From IMG/VR virus record IMGVR_UViG_3300034420_000015, positions 1 through 37,078 of that record: a DNA stretch of 37,078 nucleotides. One strand, 5' to 3'. Below, piece by piece: positions 34,022-37,078 of this stretch. Position 1 is the stretch's first letter. The number at the start of each line of letters is the position of its first letter. The notes beneath the pieces were generated by a model. It saw only the letters and a program-made list of their open reading frames with translations. It was not told the origin of the DNA and searched no databases. This stretch comes from a virus. Taxonomy: Duplodnaviria > Caudoviricetes. The position numbers and the translations under genes were made by a program.

Positions 34022-35276
34022 CTTTAGCCTTGCCCCCTATGAGTGAACGTGCCTTGAGCGACGGTGATACAAATGTCTTACGTACAAGCGCTGTTAGCTC
34101 GTCCTTGAACTCTGGGCGGGCCTTGATGAATCGGTCGATTGCGGTCTTCTGCACGGAAATCACGCCCGACAGTAGGGTGATCGCTTCGTGTTTCTGGAAC
34201 ACGGCGACTACGCCCTTGGCGTCAACGGCAGAGCGCGAGTTCTGTGATAGATATAGCTCGCGCTGGCCGACCTGTAGCGGCTCGCCTAGGTTGTCGTTGA
34301 CGATCTTGGCTCCAATCATCGCCTTGATTTCGTCGGTGCGCTTATCGATGATCTTGCTCAGGTCCGAGAGACGTTCCATCTCGTCGAACATCGCGTTGAT
34401 CGCCTCGTCGGAGTCATTCTTCTCGGTGATTATTGGAAGAACTTCCATTGTAAGGACGGCTTGGTACGCGGAGCAGGTACCTCGGATTTCACACCAGCGG
34501 CAGTACTTATTGATCCGCTCTTCCGGCCTTTGCGAGGCCGCAATCTGTTTCCAAAGCGTAGGCAAATAGTGTCGGAGCGTATCACGTGCATGGTCGTCAA
34601 ACTCGACAGGGAATCGACCGTGGCGAAGCATGTCAAAGATACAAGTGACTGAGACGGCTTCGGGGTACAAAGCGCGAGCCACCAGATCATAAATGCCAAG
34701 TTGCTTGCTATTCTCGACATATTCCCGTGTGAACGGTAGAATGTTGGTCTTGTAGTCGTAGACTTCGACATGGATCCCGTCGTCTTTGTGTGCGATGTCG
34801 ATTCGGTCGATCTTCGACACCACCGGAGTGTGACCGTGCGCCAAAATGCGTTCGACTTCGGTATCTACGTACTCACGATCGTTCACAACGTGGACCGTGT
34901 TACATTCGACGTCTAGAACGAACGCGAGTTCGGTTGCTACCGTGGTGCCGTGGCGCTCGAAAATCGTGCGGCTCAGGAAATCGACGAGCTTATCCTGCGC
35001 CAGCGTGTAGAACTCCGGATCGAGACAGCCAGACAGCGCGAACTGCTTATCGAAATACGCCAGGACGTCTTCCTGCGTAAATCGATGTTCGAGCATCAAC
35101 AGGTTGTGGAAATGTTCGAGTGTGTTGTGTGTAGCTGTGCCGAATCGCGTGGAATCTGTTCCTTCGTTGTCGTCGCCCAAGTCTAGGCGCCTAGCGTACG
35201 ATCGCCAAGCTCTATTGGGGCAGTCGAGCCACCCATTTATAAGTGTGGTCGACAAGTACTTCAAACCATCTGGCAT
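33993..35276 (-). CDS. Cas4/RecB(AddB)-like PD-(D/E)XK exonuclease with probable Fe-S cluster
   Basis: DCP, FGTATH..LE, KIDRID, DYKT, QLGIY, CRWC.....C; GGAG RBS. Confidence 0.9.
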   Translation of the reverse strand: MPDGLKYLSTTLINGWLDCPNRAWRSYARRLDLGDDNEGTDSTRFGTATHNTLEHFHNLLMLEHRFTQEDVLAYFDKQFALSGCLDPEFYTLAQDKLVDFLSRTIFERHGTTVATELAFVLDVECNTVHVVNDREYVDTEVERILAHGHTPVVSKIDRIDIAHKDDGIHVEVYDYKTNILPFTREYVENSKQLGIYDLVARALYPEAVSVTCIFDMLRHGRFPVEFDDHARDTLRHYLPTLWKQIAASQRPEERINKYCRWCEIRGTCSAYQAVLTMEVLPIITEKNDSDEAINAMFDEMERLSDLSKIIDKRTDEIKAMIGAKIVNDNLGEPLQVGQRELYLSQNSRSAVDAKGVVAVFQKHEAITLLSGVISVQKTAIDRFIKARPEFKDELTALVRKTFVSPSLKARSLIGGKAKDADAQESAD

Positions 35277-35347
35277 GCTTGCTCCGTGGTTGGTCGCGCT
35301 GGCCTCGTCACTGTATCGCTAGTGCGCTTACGCCCCCTAATACGCCT

Positions 35348-35375
35348 ACGGCCACCATAGGCTTCAGGTGGCCGT
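35348..35375. other. Inverted repeat at the boundary of early and replication genes
   Basis: ACGGCCACC-N10-GGTGGCCGT, a perfect 9-bp stem in the intergenic gap. Confidence 0.45.
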
Positions 35376-35448
35376 GCGGAACGTAACGACGAGGCCAGCG
35401 CGTTACGCCTGTGCCGCCGCATCTAGCCCCTTTTCGTCCAGCGTCAGG

Positions 35449-35574
35449 TCAGCCATTCCGTCCTCCCTGCGTCCGCACGCGGTCGGCGTGCTTGGTGATG
35501 AGATTCCCGACGAACAGGCCCATGATGAACCCGATCATGTAGCCAATCGCGGTCATCGTCTGTTCATCCGTCAT
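35449..35574 (-). CDS. Small single-TM protein
   Basis: MTDEQTMTAIGYMIGFIMGLFVGNLI after a GGAGGA RBS. Confidence 0.6.
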   Translation of the reverse strand: MTDEQTMTAIGYMIGFIMGLFVGNLITKHADRVRTQGGRNG

Positions 35575-35959
35575 TGCGTCCTCCATCGGGGAGCGGGGCG
35601 GCGAAGTGATACGAGCGCAGCAGGAAGTCCAAGAACGGCTCGTCAATCAGGCGTTGCGGCCCCAACGTTCCATCGGCTCCACGAAGCTGCACCCACCGCG
35701 CACCGCCCTTGTGCGACTTGCCCCACCAGTCCAACGCTTGCTCGACTTCGGCGCGGGTGGGGAGGACTTGGGGTGTTGCCTCCCCCGCTGGCACGCCGTC
35801 CACGACCAGCGACTTCAGCCATGCGGCGTTGAGCGTCGCGATCGGTCGGCCAGTTGCGGACGTGATCTTCACGATGGCGTCGTCTGCTCGCTCATCATCG
35901 CCAAGCCGAAGCCACTCAGAAATGCGCTCCCGCTGAAGCGTCGTCAGTTCGCGTGTCAT
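35564..35959 (-). CDS. Hypothetical early protein
   Basis: 131 aa, GGAG RBS, ATGA overlap. Confidence 0.65.
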   Translation of the reverse strand: MTRELTTLQRERISEWLRLGDDERADDAIVKITSATGRPIATLNAAWLKSLVVDGVPAGEATPQVLPTRAEVEQALDWWGKSHKGGARWVQLRGADGTLGPQRLIDEPFLDFLLRSYHFAAPLPDGGRNDG

Positions 35960-36243
35960 TGCGGTGTCTCCGGTGAGGATGGGGCGGGGACGGCGTGCGT
36001 CGGGAAGAGGTAGTCGATGTCGTCGTCATCAAATGCGATTTCCTTGCCTTCTGCATCGTAGTAGAACTCCTCTGGTCCTCCGCACCCCGTGTCGTGCTTC
36101 TCACAGACAGTCACGACAAGTACGGCGTTCGCAGGGTCAAAGTCGTTGCGCGGCATATTGCTCATCTTCCGCCCGCACGCACGGCATTTCACGTGGATGC
36201 GGTCAGCGCGATGCTTCTTGAAGCCAGCGAGGATGTCTGTCAC
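35956..36243 (-). CDS. Hypothetical Cys-containing early protein
   Basis: GTG start after GGGAGG; CRAC and CEKH..C. Confidence 0.65.
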   Translation of the reverse strand: MTDILAGFKKHRADRIHVKCRACGRKMSNMPRNDFDPANAVLVVTVCEKHDTGCGGPEEFYYDAEGKEIAFDDDDIDYLFPTHAVPAPSSPETPQ

Positions 36244-36348
36244 CGTTCCTCCCATGAGGACGGGGCGGGGCGAAGGACGGCATGCTTGCCATCAAGACGG
36301 CTAGCGCCCCCAAGAACGGGATGCGCCGGAAGAATCCTGCGTTACCGT

Positions 36349-36780
36349 TCACGCGGCACCACCGAAGATTGGATTGGTCGGTACTGCCTTGTCGCCGAGC
36401 GGGTGGCGCTTGAAGACGCGCAGGTATCCGACGACGATGGCCTCGTGCTTGTTGGCCACGTGGCGCCGTGCACCCTGCGCTAGAGCCATCATCTGATTAT
36501 ACGCGAATCCACTCGTCCGCGTCCTCTGATTGGTCCGATTGACGCTCATCTTGACGAAGTGCTTCACCAGCCCATCAGCACGGCGAGGGCGGTTCCGCAG
36601 TCCGTTCTGGAACTTGTCAGTGAGGACGACTGCCTCGCGCACGGGGCGCTCGGCTGGGATTCGAATGCTACCGTAATCCCGCATGTACCACGGGAGGGAG
36701 CATTCGATACAGATGGCGATTACCGGACCGCCATCATCGGGGTGTGTCGCGTGCGAGCACACTCGGTTGTTCGTTCTCAC
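36349..36780 (-). CDS. Hypothetical early protein
   Basis: 143 aa, GTGA overlap with the upstream ORF, CSH...CIEC. Confidence 0.6.
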   Translation of the reverse strand: MRTNNRVCSHATHPDDGGPVIAICIECSLPWYMRDYGSIRIPAERPVREAVVLTDKFQNGLRNRPRRADGLVKHFVKMSVNRTNQRTRTSGFAYNQMMALAQGARRHVANKHEAIVVGYLRVFKRHPLGDKAVPTNPIFGGAA

Positions 36781-37078
36781 TTCTTGTTCCTCGGAGTTGA
36801 GCGCTTACGCGCGGTGGGCCTACTGGTCTTGTTCGGCACGAAATCGCGTGATCTTGTTGAGGTCCTCGGCACGTGCATGTGGCAACGGAACATTCCACTG
36901 AGCATGTCGTCGAGTGCCAAATCGATAATGCTCTTCGCATCGACGTACTCATGCGTACCGACGAAGATTTCGATTACACGCTTGCCCCAGATATTCTTGG
37001 GGATGTACACCGTTGTCGTCTTCGTCTTGCCCAACCGACACGTGTAGCGGAAGTAGTTCTCGGTCTCCCACTCGAAGT
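36777..37078 (-). CDS. Hypothetical protein, 5' truncated
   Basis: Frame is open to the window end (...FEWETENYFRYTCRLGKTK...). Confidence 0.55.
   Translation of the reverse strand, partial: FEWETENYFRYTCRLGKTKTTTVYIPKNIWGKRVIEIFVGTHEYVDAKSIIDLALDDMLSGMFRCHMHVPRTSTRSRDFVPNKTSRPTARKRSTPRNKK

Noticed and set aside
33993-35276. CRISPR-Cas system suggested by the Cas4-like gene
   Set aside because: No cas1/cas2 and no repeat-spacer array seen; stand-alone Cas4-like exonucleases are common in phage replication modules.
1-37078. Alternative genetic code or stop-codon reassignment
   Set aside because: Long conserved genes are intact under the standard code, and TAA, TAG and TGA all terminate genes at tight junctions.
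1-37078. Numerous antisense and nested ORFs in the six-frame track (e.g. 4946-5593, 6587-7288, 15871-16437, 27714-28298)
   Set aside because: They are shadows of well-supported genes on the other strand or frame, with no motifs or RBS support.

Overview
This 37 kb window is a segment of a tailed dsDNA phage genome (siphovirus-like; host unknown, probably diderm) made of two convergent operons. The + strand (1-13407) carries tail and lysis genes: a tape measure protein, a small tail protein, a 1909-aa tail-tip protein with eight tandem ~100-aa modules, holin-like genes, an amidase endolysin, a spanin-like protein, a metallophosphoesterase and a HAD phosphatase. The - strand (37078 to 13475) carries small early genes and a largely self-contained replication, recombination and nucleotide module. 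That module includes a Cas4/RecB-like nuclease, a PurA-family enzyme with the PurZ/PurZ0 Ser signature, SSB, RecA, a Holliday junction resolvase, an intein-containing SF2 helicase, a DnaG-DnaB fusion, ThyX, an adenylate-kinase-like NMP kinase, dUTPase and a DUF6378-like protein. It also holds a DnaE polymerase split into a stand-alone PHP gene and a polymerase gene, separated by six tightly packed small ORFs (one HNH-like), followed by SpoVS-like, J-domain and small-terminase-like genes and tRNA-Gln(UUG). The most notable hypothesis is a 2-aminoadenine (Z)-type base-substitution pathway paired with an intein-free split family C polymerase instead of the known family A DpoZ. All family assignments come from motif recognition by eye; no searches were run.
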